From assembly GCA_964439105.1 (NCBI GenBank), contig CAYTNG010000008.1, positions 73,481-137,480 on the forward strand: a DNA stretch of 64,000 bases. Reading direction: 5' to 3'. How positions within the stretch are numbered: the stretch's first letter is position 1; each line of letters opens with the position of its first letter. This stretch comes from an uncultured Saprospiraceae bacterium. Its GTDB lineage: Bacteria; Bacteroidota; Bacteroidia; Chitinophagales; Saprospiraceae. Positions 1-9,746 of the stretch are shown here, piece by piece. Made by a program: the position numbers and the translations under genes. Below the pieces are notes generated by a model. It ran no database searches, had not been told where the DNA came from, and saw nothing but the letters and a program-made list of their open reading frames with translations.

Positions 1-134
1 ATTGAAGCTGATTTATTGATTCTGCCTTTTGAGTGAGTAAATGCACTCAACGGATTATTTTCGTATTCATATGCATACTGTAAAAAGGGTCCACCGGCAT
101 GCGTCCCGGTTTGTCTTAAATGTCTTCAGGTGTG

Positions 135-155
135 AAATAAACGAACGTTAGTTAG
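135..155 (+). repeat. copy 1 of 21-nt motif AAAYAAACGAACRTTNRTTAG (aaataaacgaacgttagttag)
   Basis: 19/21 identical to the copy at 9747-9767 and 17/21 to the copy at 42765-42785. Intergenic. Confidence 0.5.
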
Positions 156-443
156 TAATTTGATGTTTTGTTAACGCATTTCTATGCACCTCTTTACCTA
201 ATCCGAATGCATCGGCTGCTTCGATATGCAGCCGGTATTTAACCGTCGAACAGGAAAAAATCTTTTCAGGAGCTATTGGAAAATGATAAAATAGTTTTCA
301 GAATACCCGGGAATACGTAGCGTGCTTGTGCCACTCTTCATATTTTCTTTGTTTCCCGGTCAGGTTTTTCATTGCGGGGATTTGCCTTAACGCATCCATT
401 AATTATTTATAATAATAGAGGAGAAATGAACCTTGAGGGTGGG

Positions 444-451
444 TATCTTTG
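444..451 (+). promoter_or_regulatory. Bacteroidota-type -7 promoter box TATCTTTG
   Basis: Exact match to TAnnTTTG, 25 nt upstream of ATG 476. Confidence 0.4.
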
Positions 452-475
452 TTGGTAACGTACAGAATCCATTTT

Positions 476-973
476 ATGCAGCAGGAGTTCGCTGACTTTT
501 TGAGTTACTTTCCGAAGATCGAACTTCCCATTACCATACAGTATGGGGATTTGCACGATTACACCGTGAGTAATGATCCACTGCCGGATTCCCTGCTACA
601 GGCGTTTATTTTTCCGGGCCTGCCCTTTGAAATTGATGAGTTTACCGAATTTCTTCCGTGTTTTCGTTTTTCCGGCGTAGAGAATCTCTATCATGTGGTG
701 TATTGGTCTGGGAGGTTATTGCATTATAGTTTTTACCTGGTGAATTACAACGAAAAAGGACAAGCTCTTGGCCAATTCGAAATTGCAGGGTTTTTTACGA
801 AAGAGGAACGCGTATTGCAAAAAATGGCGCATATCAATGAAGATGCGGAAATTTATATCGTAGAGACGAACCTAAGTGAAAAAGAAGAAAAGATAAGTAC
901 GCAGGATACGCGTAAATGGAGTTTGGACATCCTTCCCGATGGGCAAATTAAGGAGTCAAGCTTGCGCATCTAG
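476..973 (+). CDS. hypothetical protein (about 165 aa), no recognisable motif
   Basis: The long ORF is 449..973. The first ATG (476) lies 25 nt downstream of a TAnnTTTG box at 444-451. The gap to rnr is only 21 nt, which suggests co-transcription. Confidence 0.5.
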   Translation: MQQEFADFLSYFPKIELPITIQYGDLHDYTVSNDPLPDSLLQAFIFPGLPFEIDEFTEFLPCFRFSGVENLYHVVYWSGRLLHYSFYLVNYNEKGQALGQFEIAGFFTKEERVLQKMAHINEDAEIYIVETNLSEKEEKISTQDTRKWSLDILPDGQIKESSLRI

Positions 974-994
974 CCCTCTGGGCAAAATAAATTC

Positions 995-3157
995 ATGAAA
1001 AAGAAAAAACAAGGAAGAAAAAAGAAATTGGGCAAATCGGGTTCCGGAGCTTCTCATGCGAACCAGTTGAGAGAAAGCATTCTTGCCTTTTTTTACCGGC
1101 ACGACAGTAAAAAATACACGGCATTCCAGATTATTAAAAAACTTCGGATCAAACAGGTCGAGCAAGCTGTAGCAGTGCTCGAAGAATTGACCTCCCGCAA
1201 AATGTTGTACCGGACGGAAGCAGGAAAATACGCTCTCGAACCCGGCCGGATTAAAAGTTCAGGGTCCAGGACTTACGAAGGCTATGTGGATCGTGCAAAG
1301 GCGGGTCATGGCTTTCTGATTTGCAAGGAATTCCAGCGAGACATTTACATTTCACCTAAAAATATGGGTGGTGCCGACGACGGTGATTTTGTCGAATTGC
1401 AGTTGGTGAAAGGGAGCAGGGGCCGTCCGGAAGGGAAGGTGGAGAAGATTCTCAAGCGATCGCGTACACAGCTGGTCGCGATCGCCCGTTTTTTTAGTGG
1501 AAAGCCGGTAGGATTTGCTCAAAGTGGAAACCGGGTCATCGAGGTGTTGCTTGACATTCCTAAAAACATTGTCGTGGAGGACTTTGATCGCGTGGTTGTT
1601 CAGATAACCCGTTATCGCGAAAAACCAAATGATCTGATGCAGGGCAAGGTCATCCGCAATCACGGGAAAGAAAACGCGACCGATGCTGAAATGCAAAGTA
1701 TACTGGCGGACAAGGGATTTCCATTGGAGTGGAATCAGAAAATTCTGACAGATCTTGATGCCATATCCGAAGAAGTGCATCCTGAAGACAAGCGTAGAGA
1801 TTTCCGGGATCTCATCACTTTTACAATAGATCCCTTCGATGCAAAGGATTTTGATGACGCTCTGTCTTTTAAAGAACTGGAAGATGGCAAATGCGAAGTG
1901 GGAGTCCATATTGCGGACGTTGCCCATTATGTGCAAGCAGACTCAGCAATGGACAAGGAAGCCATGTATCGCGGGAATTCCGTTTACCTTGTGGACAGGG
2001 TAGTGCCCATGTTGCCGGAAAAACTATCGAACCACCTTTGTTCGTTGCGTCCCAACGAGGATAAATACAGTTTTTCGGTCCTATTTACACTGGATGCTAA
2101 TAAGTCCATTACCGGGCATTGGATCGGAAAGGGACTGATCCATTCCAAAAAGAGGTATACTTATGAAAATGCGCAAGTGGTCCTTGAAGGAAGCTCTGAT
2201 CCTTTTGAAAAAGAACTGCGCAAACTCAATGAAATTGCTAAACATTACCGCAAATTGCGTCTAGACCATGGAGCCATCGATTTCGATTCGGAGGAGGTGA
2301 AATTCCGTTTGAATGAGGAAGGAATGCCGGTCTCCCTGGAGGTGAAGGAGCGAAAGGAAGCCCACATGCTGATCGAAGAATTCATGCTGCTGGCCAACAA
2401 ATATGTCGCGACTTTCATCCACAATAAAATGAAAGAGCCACCCGGAATTCCCTTTGTATACCGCATACACGACAATCCGGATCCGGATAAGTTGGAACAG
2501 TTTCAAACTTTTGCCAAAGAACTCGGAGTGTATCTCGACTTCAGCACGCCCAAAAAAATAAGCAAGTCTCTCAATCGGATCAGTGAATTGGCGCGGGAAG
2601 ACGAAAAATTTAAGATTCTGCAACCTTTGGCGATCCGCGCTATGGCCAAGGCCGCATACAGTACTGAGAATATTGGGCATTATGGTCTTGGCTTTCCAAA
2701 TTACGCTCATTTCACTTCGCCGATCCGCCGCTACGCGGATCTTATGGTGCATCGCATTCTACATGGCAACCTCGACGGGAACCTTCGGATGGATGCAAGG
2801 CAACTTGAACGCATCTGTGATCATATTTCCAATCAGGAACGCAAGGCGATGGAAGCAGAACGACTGTCCAGCAGGTATTTCCAGGTTCTGTATTTGAAGA
2901 ACAGGGTAGGCGAAAGCTTCGATGGAAGAATTGTAGGAATGAATGATCGTGGATTTTTTGTGGAACTGGTGGGTTCCGGCTGTGAGGGGTTTTTACCCTT
3001 TGGGCAGGTCCAGGAAGACATTGAACTTCATAGCAGTCGGATGAAAGCGCGCTCTGAAAGCACAAGCACCAATTGGCATTTCGGAGATAAAATCAAGATC
3101 AAGTTGGTCGATGCGGACCTGAACCAGAAAGAATTGCTTCTTGCGGTGCTTGATTAA
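995..3157 (+). CDS. rnr: ribonuclease R (RNB-family 3'-5' exoribonuclease)
   Basis: 720-aa ORF with RNB-domain motifs DPFDAKDFDDALS and HYGLGFPNYAHFTSPIRRYADLMVHRIL. It has a C-terminal S1-like domain and a Lys-rich N-terminus. Confidence 0.9.
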   Translation: MKKKKQGRKKKLGKSGSGASHANQLRESILAFFYRHDSKKYTAFQIIKKLRIKQVEQAVAVLEELTSRKMLYRTEAGKYALEPGRIKSSGSRTYEGYVDRAKAGHGFLICKEFQRDIYISPKNMGGADDGDFVELQLVKGSRGRPEGKVEKILKRSRTQLVAIARFFSGKPVGFAQSGNRVIEVLLDIPKNIVVEDFDRVVVQITRYREKPNDLMQGKVIRNHGKENATDAEMQSILADKGFPLEWNQKILTDLDAISEEVHPEDKRRDFRDLITFTIDPFDAKDFDDALSFKELEDGKCEVGVHIADVAHYVQADSAMDKEAMYRGNSVYLVDRVVPMLPEKLSNHLCSLRPNEDKYSFSVLFTLDANKSITGHWIGKGLIHSKKRYTYENAQVVLEGSSDPFEKELRKLNEIAKHYRKLRLDHGAIDFDSEEVKFRLNEEGMPVSLEVKERKEAHMLIEEFMLLANKYVATFIHNKMKEPPGIPFVYRIHDNPDPDKLEQFQTFAKELGVYLDFSTPKKISKSLNRISELAREDEKFKILQPLAIRAMAKAAYSTENIGHYGLGFPNYAHFTSPIRRYADLMVHRILHGNLDGNLRMDARQLERICDHISNQERKAMEAERLSSRYFQVLYLKNRVGESFDGRIVGMNDRGFFVELVGSGCEGFLPFGQVQEDIELHSSRMKARSESTSTNWHFGDKIKIKLVDADLNQKELLLAVLD

Positions 3158-3223
3158 ATTACTGAAAATCAATTTTTTATTCATTTTGCGAGAGTCAAAT
3201 TTTCTTCATACTTTAAAAATTTG

Positions 3224-3231
3224 TACCTTTG
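3224..3231 (+). promoter_or_regulatory. -7 box TACCTTTG
   Basis: Exact TAnnTTTG match, 32 nt upstream of ATG 3263. It heads the 3263-9738 same-strand gene string. Confidence 0.4.
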
Positions 3232-3262
3232 CACTCCAATTTGGAAAACCAGTCGTATACTC

Positions 3263-4066
3263 ATGAGTAAAACCAGGATATTATTTATCACTCAGGAAAT
3301 GGAGCCGTATCTCGATCTTTCCGGAATTGGCTCTCTGATTCAAAAGCTTCCCGCGTATGCTCAGGAGGGTGGCATGGAAATTAGGATTCTCATGCCGCGC
3401 TTTGGCGTGATAAACGAAAGACGCCATCGCCTTCACGAGGTGGTCCGGTTGTCAGGCATGAACATCATCATCAACGACGATGATTTTGCATTGATTATTA
3501 AAGTAGCTTCCATGCCGGGTTCCAGAATTCAGGTCTATTTTCTGGATAACGATGAGTTCTTTAAGCGGAAATCTGTTTTTGAAGATGAATCCGGCCAACT
3601 ATTTCCGGACAACCAGGATCGTATGATTTTCTTCTGCAAAGGGGCCCTGGAGACTGTGAAGAAGTTTGGCTGGCCTCCTGATATCGTGCATTGCCATGGT
3701 TGGATGACCAGTTTAATTCCATTTTACCTGAAAACCAGCTACAAAAACGATCCTGTTTTCAAAAACTCCAAAGTCGTTTTTTCAGTCTATGACCAAAAAG
3801 TTGAATCCAGTTTTACGGATGATTTTCTGAAAAAGGCAGCTATCAATAATCTGAAACCGGAGCAACTGCTGGCTTATAAAAATGGGACCGGAATAAACCT
3901 GGACAAAGGAGCCATCCAATATGCTGATGGAATTATCCAGGGAAGCCAGAGCCTGAACAATAGTTTGCTCTCTGCTATTGAGTTAACGGAAAAGCCGTTT
4001 ATCAAAACGGAGGAGGAAGAATTTTTGACGTCCTACATGGACTTCTATAAGAATCTGATCAAGTAA
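3263..4066 (+). CDS. glycogen/starch synthase-like protein, N-terminal GT5 domain only (about 267 aa)
   Basis: The sequence RILFITQEMEPY...HCHGWMTSLIP resembles the N-terminal half of GlgA. The canonical KTGGL motif is replaced by LSGIGSL, and there is no C-terminal GT1 half. The start was moved to ATG 3263, 32 nt after the TACCTTTG box. Confidence 0.65.
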   Translation: MSKTRILFITQEMEPYLDLSGIGSLIQKLPAYAQEGGMEIRILMPRFGVINERRHRLHEVVRLSGMNIIINDDDFALIIKVASMPGSRIQVYFLDNDEFFKRKSVFEDESGQLFPDNQDRMIFFCKGALETVKKFGWPPDIVHCHGWMTSLIPFYLKTSYKNDPVFKNSKVVFSVYDQKVESSFTDDFLKKAAINNLKPEQLLAYKNGTGINLDKGAIQYADGIIQGSQSLNNSLLSAIELTEKPFIKTEEEEFLTSYMDFYKNLIK

Positions 4067-4094
4067 GGCGTTATAAGCTGAACATTTTAATTTC

Positions 4095-5465
4095 ATGAAT
4101 CTGAAGACGATCCAATTTCGCTGGGCCTGCTTTGCAGGATTCCTTGCCTTGGGCTATTTGGCCTGTAATGAATTTGATTCTTTTGGATCGGATTTGCTTG
4201 ATTCAGATTGGCTACAGGCCAAAGAGGATGCGGTTTTCGATTTTGTTGCCGGGCCAGCTTCTGAAGATTCCATTCTCACTTTCAATAGTTTTTCAACCCT
4301 GGGGGCTTCAGGTTTCGTAAATCGGGCGTACCCACTTGGTAAAATGGAGGACCCGCTGTTTGGTCAGTCTTCTGCAGGATTTGGTACACAATTGCGCTTT
4401 ATCCCAACCAAGCTGCTCGACTTTTTAAAGTATCCCGTGGATTCTATTGTGATTTCCCTACGCTACGATACCAGCTTGTTTTATGGAAATTACTCCGAAC
4501 CCATGTCCATTGGTGTCTATGCTCTTAAGGAAGCTTACGATGAGACCAAATCCTATTATTCAAATTATGCACTGCCTGTTGACTATTCTCAAAAGTTTGG
4601 AGGCATAGAAGATTTTAAACCCAACCGGAAAGACAGCCTGGAAATCCTCCAGGATACCACAAAGCTTCGGCTTTTTCCACAACTGCGCATTTCTATGGAT
4701 ACTGGCAAATTCATGTCCGTATTAAGGTCCTTTCCGGATACCGTCTATTTTACATCAGATAGCTTTACCCAGTCGTTCAATGGTCTGGCCTTTATTTGCG
4801 AGAAGGGAAATGGCTACATTTCTGTATTGCCTGAACATGGGGATAGTAAAATCAGCATTTATTATAAAGACAGCACACATGCGAGTTTGCGCACGGAGCT
4901 CTACATGAGCAGTTTGGCAGTCAAAACGCCCTACTACCAAAGAGATCCCGGTAGCAGCATAGCCGCAGCATGCTACAGTGGCAATATACCGGGAGATAGT
5001 CTGCTTTGCATACAGGGAAATTCAGGCAGGGACATCCAACTAAAATTGCCTTATCAACCGCAATGGGCAGGAAAACTGATCAATTACGCGGTTTTGCAGT
5101 TTTATGTATCGGATATTCCAGGCCAGGATCTTCAGAGCTATCCCCTGCCTTCCTTGTTGGAGCTCTTCGATCAAAGCAGCGGTAGCCGGGTTGCCATCGA
5201 GGATGTTGCTCTCGCTATTGGAGGTCTGTCTCAATATAAAAGGGCTTTTGGGGGATATCCAATTTCGAAAGAAGAGAATGGAAAAACGAATTACCTTTAT
5301 AAAATGAACATTACCAGGCACTTTCAGAAAGCCTTACATTCAAAATCGGATATTCATCTGGTATTGGCTCCTTTTGCAAAATTGGAATCGCCTGCCCGGT
5401 TGTTCCTGAATGGCCGGGGTGGTGACAAGTATAAGGCAAAACTGGTCTTAACTTATTCAGAATAA
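4095..5465 (+). CDS. DUF4270-family lipoprotein-like protein
   Basis: 456-aa ORF with signal/lipobox-like FLALGYLAC. Its position directly after the short glycogen-synthase-like gene matches the conserved Bacteroidota arrangement as I remember it. The family call is from memory, not from a search. Confidence 0.55.
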   Translation: MNLKTIQFRWACFAGFLALGYLACNEFDSFGSDLLDSDWLQAKEDAVFDFVAGPASEDSILTFNSFSTLGASGFVNRAYPLGKMEDPLFGQSSAGFGTQLRFIPTKLLDFLKYPVDSIVISLRYDTSLFYGNYSEPMSIGVYALKEAYDETKSYYSNYALPVDYSQKFGGIEDFKPNRKDSLEILQDTTKLRLFPQLRISMDTGKFMSVLRSFPDTVYFTSDSFTQSFNGLAFICEKGNGYISVLPEHGDSKISIYYKDSTHASLRTELYMSSLAVKTPYYQRDPGSSIAAACYSGNIPGDSLLCIQGNSGRDIQLKLPYQPQWAGKLINYAVLQFYVSDIPGQDLQSYPLPSLLELFDQSSGSRVAIEDVALAIGGLSQYKRAFGGYPISKEENGKTNYLYKMNITRHFQKALHSKSDIHLVLAPFAKLESPARLFLNGRGGDKYKAKLVLTYSE

Positions 5466-5493
5466 GTTTTTTAAATAGTATTATTGCATTACT

Positions 5494-7335
5494 ATGTGTG
5501 GCATCGTCGCGTATCTGGGCAATAAAAATTCCTACCCCATCATTCTGGAAGGGCTCAAACGCCTCGAATACAGGGGCTATGATTCCGCCGGGATCGCATT
5601 AATCAACGGAGGCCTGAATATTTATAAAAAGAAAGGCAAAGTCCAGGAATTGTGCGACTTTACAGAGCCTCTCGGCCTTGAGGCCACCACGGGTATGGGG
5701 CATACCCGCTGGGCAACGCATGGCAAGCCGGATGATATCAATGCACATCCTCACATTTCGGGGAACGGACGTTTGGCAATCATTCACAACGGCATCATTG
5801 AAAATTATTCAACCTTAAAGGAAGCTTTAACCCGGCTGGGTCATCGGTTTGAAAGTGAAACGGACACCGAAGTGCTCATCCACCTGATCGAAGAAATTCA
5901 GAATCGCGAAGGTCTGCCCGTCGAGGAAGCCGTTCGCAAAGCACTTCGCATGGTGGTTGGCGCTTATGCTATCGTCGTGGTCGATAAAGAAGATCCGGAC
6001 AAACTGGTCGGAGCCCGCAAATCAAGCCCACTCGTAATTGGTATCGGTGACGGTGAAAATTTTATTGCCTCTGATGCTACTCCGATTATTCAATATACCA
6101 ACAGGGTTGTGTACCTGAATGATGAAGAAATCGCTGTCTTGCGCAAGGACAAAGGTTTGGAGATCTCTACCATCAGCAATGATGAAGTACAGGAGCCCAT
6201 CATCCATGAACTCGATATGAGCCTCGATCAATTGGAAAAGGGAGGCTACGAGCATTTTATGCTGAAAGAAATCTATCAGCAGCCTCAAACCATTTCCGAT
6301 TGCATGCGGGGACGCCTCAATGCAGTAGAAGGATGGGTGCGCTTAGGAGGTCTGGAAGAAAATATCAACCGCATCAGTAAGGCCAACAGGATTATCATTG
6401 CAGCCTGCGGGACTTCCTGGCACAGTGCTTTAATTGGAGAATACCTTATAGAAGAACTGGCACGGATTCCTGTGGAGGTGGAGTATGCTTCGGAATTTCG
6501 GTACCGCAATCCAATTCTGACGGAACATGATTTGGTGCTCGTGATTTCACAATCCGGAGAAACAGCAGATACTCTGGCTGCTGCGGAACTTGCAAAAGAG
6601 CGAGGTGCACTAGTGTACGGAATCGTAAATGTCGTGGGCTCTTCGATTGCCCGTCTCACACATGCAGGCTCTTATATCCATTGTGGTCCGGAAATCGGCG
6701 TGGCATCCACAAAAGCGTTTACAGGACAAGTCACATTGCTGAGCCTGATGTCGCTGGTACTTGGACAACGGAATGGTTCCCTCTCAAACTCGTATTATCA
6801 TCAGTTGATTGCAGAGTTGGCCAGCATCCCTCAGAAGGTGGAAAAGCTGCTGACACTTAATGATCAAATCAAGTATCTCGCCAAAGAAATTCAGCAGACA
6901 AACAATGTCCTGTACCTCGGTCGCGGATACAACTTTCCCGTTGCGCTGGAAGGAGCATTAAAACTGAAAGAAATATCCTACATTCATGCGGAAGGCTACC
7001 CTGCCGCAGAAATGAAGCACGGCCCAATTGCACTTATTGATGAAAATATGCCGGTCATCGTAATTGCAACCAATGCAAGCGCCTACGAAAAAATTATTTC
7101 AAATATTCAGGAAGTCAAAGCACGCAAAGGCAACGTCATCGCTATTGTGACTGAAGGAGAAAAGGAAATCAAACGCATCGCGGATCATTGTATTGAAATC
7201 CCCGCCACGATTGATCCATTGACTCCATTGCTTTCCGTTGTTCCGCTTCAGTTGCTTTCCTATCACATTGCCGTTTTACGTGGTTGTGATGTGGACCAAC
7301 CAAGAAATTTAGCCAAATCTGTTACTGTCGAATAA
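5494..7335 (+). CDS. glmS: glutamine--fructose-6-phosphate aminotransferase (isomerising)
   Basis: Starts MCGIVAY (N-terminal nucleophile Cys), has two SIS domains, and ends in the typical C-terminal ...AKSVTVE. Confidence 0.95.
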   Translation: MCGIVAYLGNKNSYPIILEGLKRLEYRGYDSAGIALINGGLNIYKKKGKVQELCDFTEPLGLEATTGMGHTRWATHGKPDDINAHPHISGNGRLAIIHNGIIENYSTLKEALTRLGHRFESETDTEVLIHLIEEIQNREGLPVEEAVRKALRMVVGAYAIVVVDKEDPDKLVGARKSSPLVIGIGDGENFIASDATPIIQYTNRVVYLNDEEIAVLRKDKGLEISTISNDEVQEPIIHELDMSLDQLEKGGYEHFMLKEIYQQPQTISDCMRGRLNAVEGWVRLGGLEENINRISKANRIIIAACGTSWHSALIGEYLIEELARIPVEVEYASEFRYRNPILTEHDLVLVISQSGETADTLAAAELAKERGALVYGIVNVVGSSIARLTHAGSYIHCGPEIGVASTKAFTGQVTLLSLMSLVLGQRNGSLSNSYYHQLIAELASIPQKVEKLLTLNDQIKYLAKEIQQTNNVLYLGRGYNFPVALEGALKLKEISYIHAEGYPAAEMKHGPIALIDENMPVIVIATNASAYEKIISNIQEVKARKGNVIAIVTEGEKEIKRIADHCIEIPATIDPLTPLLSVVPLQLLSYHIAVLRGCDVDQPRNLAKSVTVE

Positions 7336-7344
7336 ATATAATTC

Positions 7345-8028
7345 ATGCCGCACGAGAACGTACAATTTAAATACAACACCGCCCTAGAAGAACTTATCAT
7401 ACCGGAATATGGTCGGAATATTCAGGACCTGATCTTCTTTTGTAAAACAATAGAACAAGCAGAATACCGCCAGAGATTTGCAGAAGAGGTGATCAACCTT
7501 ATGCAAATTATTACACCGTATAACCGGAATATGGATGAACATCGTAAAAAATTATGGCATCATTTTTTCCGGATTGCCAATTACGATATCGATGTGGTAC
7601 CTCCCGGCGGCATTAAGCCAAGTCCTGAAGAAGACCGCCTCGCTCCGCATAAAATAGAATATCCAAAGGGAACCGATAGCTACCGTCATTATGGAAGTTA
7701 TGTCAACCATTTGATAAAAAAAGCCATGACCATGGAGCCTGGACAGAAACGCAATGAGTTTTCACATATCATAGGTTCCTATATGAAGATGGCTTTTAAG
7801 AACTGGAACAAAGAACACTATGTCAGCGATGAATTGATCAAAAGCGACCTGGCTCTGATGTCAAAAGGGGAATTAGTGATGGACGAGGGTGTACAGTTCA
7901 ATACGCTTACAGATTCGCAATCTAAAAATCAGCGCAGGGTTTACAAGGGTTCAAATAAACAAAACTTCAGAAACAAAAAAGGAGGAATGGGAAACAACAG
8001 GCATCGCTTCAGCAAAAGAAGGCCCTGA
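7345..8028 (+). CDS. DUF4290 domain-containing protein
   Basis: The N-terminal IIPEYGRNIQDLI motif is characteristic of DUF4290 as I recall it. The C-terminal tail is basic. Confidence 0.6.
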   Translation: MPHENVQFKYNTALEELIIPEYGRNIQDLIFFCKTIEQAEYRQRFAEEVINLMQIITPYNRNMDEHRKKLWHHFFRIANYDIDVVPPGGIKPSPEEDRLAPHKIEYPKGTDSYRHYGSYVNHLIKKAMTMEPGQKRNEFSHIIGSYMKMAFKNWNKEHYVSDELIKSDLALMSKGELVMDEGVQFNTLTDSQSKNQRRVYKGSNKQNFRNKKGGMGNNRHRFSKRRP

Positions 8029-8056
8029 TTGAATTCCCATTAGCCAAAAAATATCC

Positions 8057-9034
8057 ATGCTCAACAGGAATCAGAAGAACTTGGTCCGTGAAGCTGCACT
8101 TCAATGCATGGAAATTGAAACTTCTGTAGTTTCCGGATTAAAGCAAAGTATTAATGAGGCATTCATTTCTGCAGTTTCCTCAATTTATAATTGCAGGGGC
8201 CGTGTCGTTGTCACCGGCATCGGCAAAAGCGCCATCATAGGACAAAAAATCGTCGCGACGCTCAATAGCACGGGAACTCCCGCACTCTTTATGCACGCTG
8301 CAGATGCAATTCATGGTGACCTTGGCATGATCCGCAAAGAGGATGTGATTTTATGTATTTCAAAAAGTGGTGAAACACCTGAAATAAAAGCCTTGATTCC
8401 ATTGATAAAGACTTTTGGAAGTTGTATGATCGGAATGGTAGCCAATATGGAATCGAGTTTGGGAAGACAGGCTGATCATGTCTTGTTTACACCGGTATCA
8501 AGGGAAGCAGAACCCAACAACCTGGCTCCCACTTCAAGTACGACCGCACAAATCGTGATGGGCGATGCTCTGGCTGTTGCCTTACTTGCTTTGCGGGGAT
8601 TTACTCCGGACGATTTTGCACAATTTCATCCCGGAGGGTCATTGGGGAAGCAACTCTATCTCAAAGTTTCAGACATCTACCCTTTGCATGGTAAACCACA
8701 GGTATTTTGGAACTCAGGACTGAAAGAGGTGATCCTCGAAATGACCAGTAAACGACTTGGGGTAACTGCAGTATTAGACGACCAATCTCATTTATTGGGT
8801 ATTATTACCGATGGCGATTTGCGGCGCATGCTGCAAAAGGAAACGACGTTGGATAAAGTCGAAGCGCATCAGATCATGAGCCGTTCTCCAAAAACCATTT
8901 CTTCCCTATCGCTTGCGGTGGAGGCTTTTAAACTGATGAAAGAAAATAATATTACGCAACTGCTTGTTGTCGATGACCAAACATATAAAGGCGTCATACA
9001 CGTTCATGATTTAATTAAAGAAGGTATTTTTTAA
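8057..9034 (+). CDS. kdsD: KpsF/GutQ-family arabinose-5-phosphate isomerase (SIS + tandem CBS)
   Basis: SIS motif VVVTGIGKSAIIGQKIVATL...ISKSGET, followed by two CBS-like repeats (VLDDQSHLLGIITDGDLRR, LLVVDDQTYKGVIHVHDL). Confidence 0.8.
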   Translation: MLNRNQKNLVREAALQCMEIETSVVSGLKQSINEAFISAVSSIYNCRGRVVVTGIGKSAIIGQKIVATLNSTGTPALFMHAADAIHGDLGMIRKEDVILCISKSGETPEIKALIPLIKTFGSCMIGMVANMESSLGRQADHVLFTPVSREAEPNNLAPTSSTTAQIVMGDALAVALLALRGFTPDDFAQFHPGGSLGKQLYLKVSDIYPLHGKPQVFWNSGLKEVILEMTSKRLGVTAVLDDQSHLLGIITDGDLRRMLQKETTLDKVEAHQIMSRSPKTISSLSLAVEAFKLMKENNITQLLVVDDQTYKGVIHVHDLIKEGIF

Positions 9035-9045
9035 ATTACAAATGC

Positions 9046-9738
9046 ATGTTTTTTCCTATAGGTGATGAAAATGTAAAGGGAGGTTACAAGCCGGTTTTTA
9101 CCTACAGCCTGATTTTGATAAATGTATTGGTATTCTTGTTTGAAACGAACTTGCAGCATGAAGAGGCTGAAAATTTTGTCATCCACTTTGGAAACATCCC
9201 CGTGGAATTACTTTCTGGACAAGATGTTTTTACGGTGTTCACTTCTATGTTTCTCCATGGTGGTTGGATGCATCTCATCGGGAACATGCTTTTCCTTTGG
9301 GTGTTTGCGGACAACATAGAAGCAGTCATCGGTACTTTTAATTTTATGCTGTTTTACATTTTAGGTGGCGTTACAGCAACACTGATTCATGCCTTTTTTA
9401 ATCCATATAGTGAAATTCCCGTAGTCGGCGCAAGTGGTGCCATTTCAGCTGTAATGGGTGCATACATCGTCATGTTTCCCGCCTCCCGCATCCGTGTGTT
9501 CATTATCTTTTTGTTTACCTCTGCCTACGTACCGGCCCTGCTCTTTTTGGGAATTTGGATTATACAGCAAATATTTGCAGGGATTGGTTCCTTAGGTTTG
9601 GGCACGGAAGAGCAGGGAGGAGTGGCCTGGTGGGCGCATATCGGAGGCTTCCTTTTTGGTGTACTGGCAGGACTTATCGCGAGAAAGAACTACAGAACCC
9701 GGTACCGGTATGTCCAGGACGATAATGATCCGGAATAA
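9046..9738 (+). CDS. rhomboid family intramembrane serine protease
   Basis: About six TM segments, with HGGWMHLIGNMLFLWVF and the catalytic GASGAISAVMGAY motif plus a downstream H (AHIGGF). Confidence 0.85.
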   Translation: MFFPIGDENVKGGYKPVFTYSLILINVLVFLFETNLQHEEAENFVIHFGNIPVELLSGQDVFTVFTSMFLHGGWMHLIGNMLFLWVFADNIEAVIGTFNFMLFYILGGVTATLIHAFFNPYSEIPVVGASGAISAVMGAYIVMFPASRIRVFIIFLFTSAYVPALLFLGIWIIQQIFAGIGSLGLGTEEQGGVAWWAHIGGFLFGVLAGLIARKNYRTRYRYVQDDNDPE

Positions 9739-9746
9739 GCCTACTT

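Noticed and set aside
1-448. tmRNA, RNase P RNA, 5S rRNA or tRNA in the ORF-free region upstream of rnr
   Set aside because: There is no tRNA-like acceptor/T-arm (GGTTCGAnTCC...CCA), no tag-peptide frame and no RNase P conserved GAGGAAAGUCC-like block.
1352-2752. Long antisense ORFs inside rnr (1352..1936 at 194 aa, 2261..2752 at 163 aa, and others)
   Set aside because: They lie entirely within, and opposite to, a gene with strong RNB-domain motifs. Their translations are low-complexity with no motifs, which is typical of shadow ORFs.
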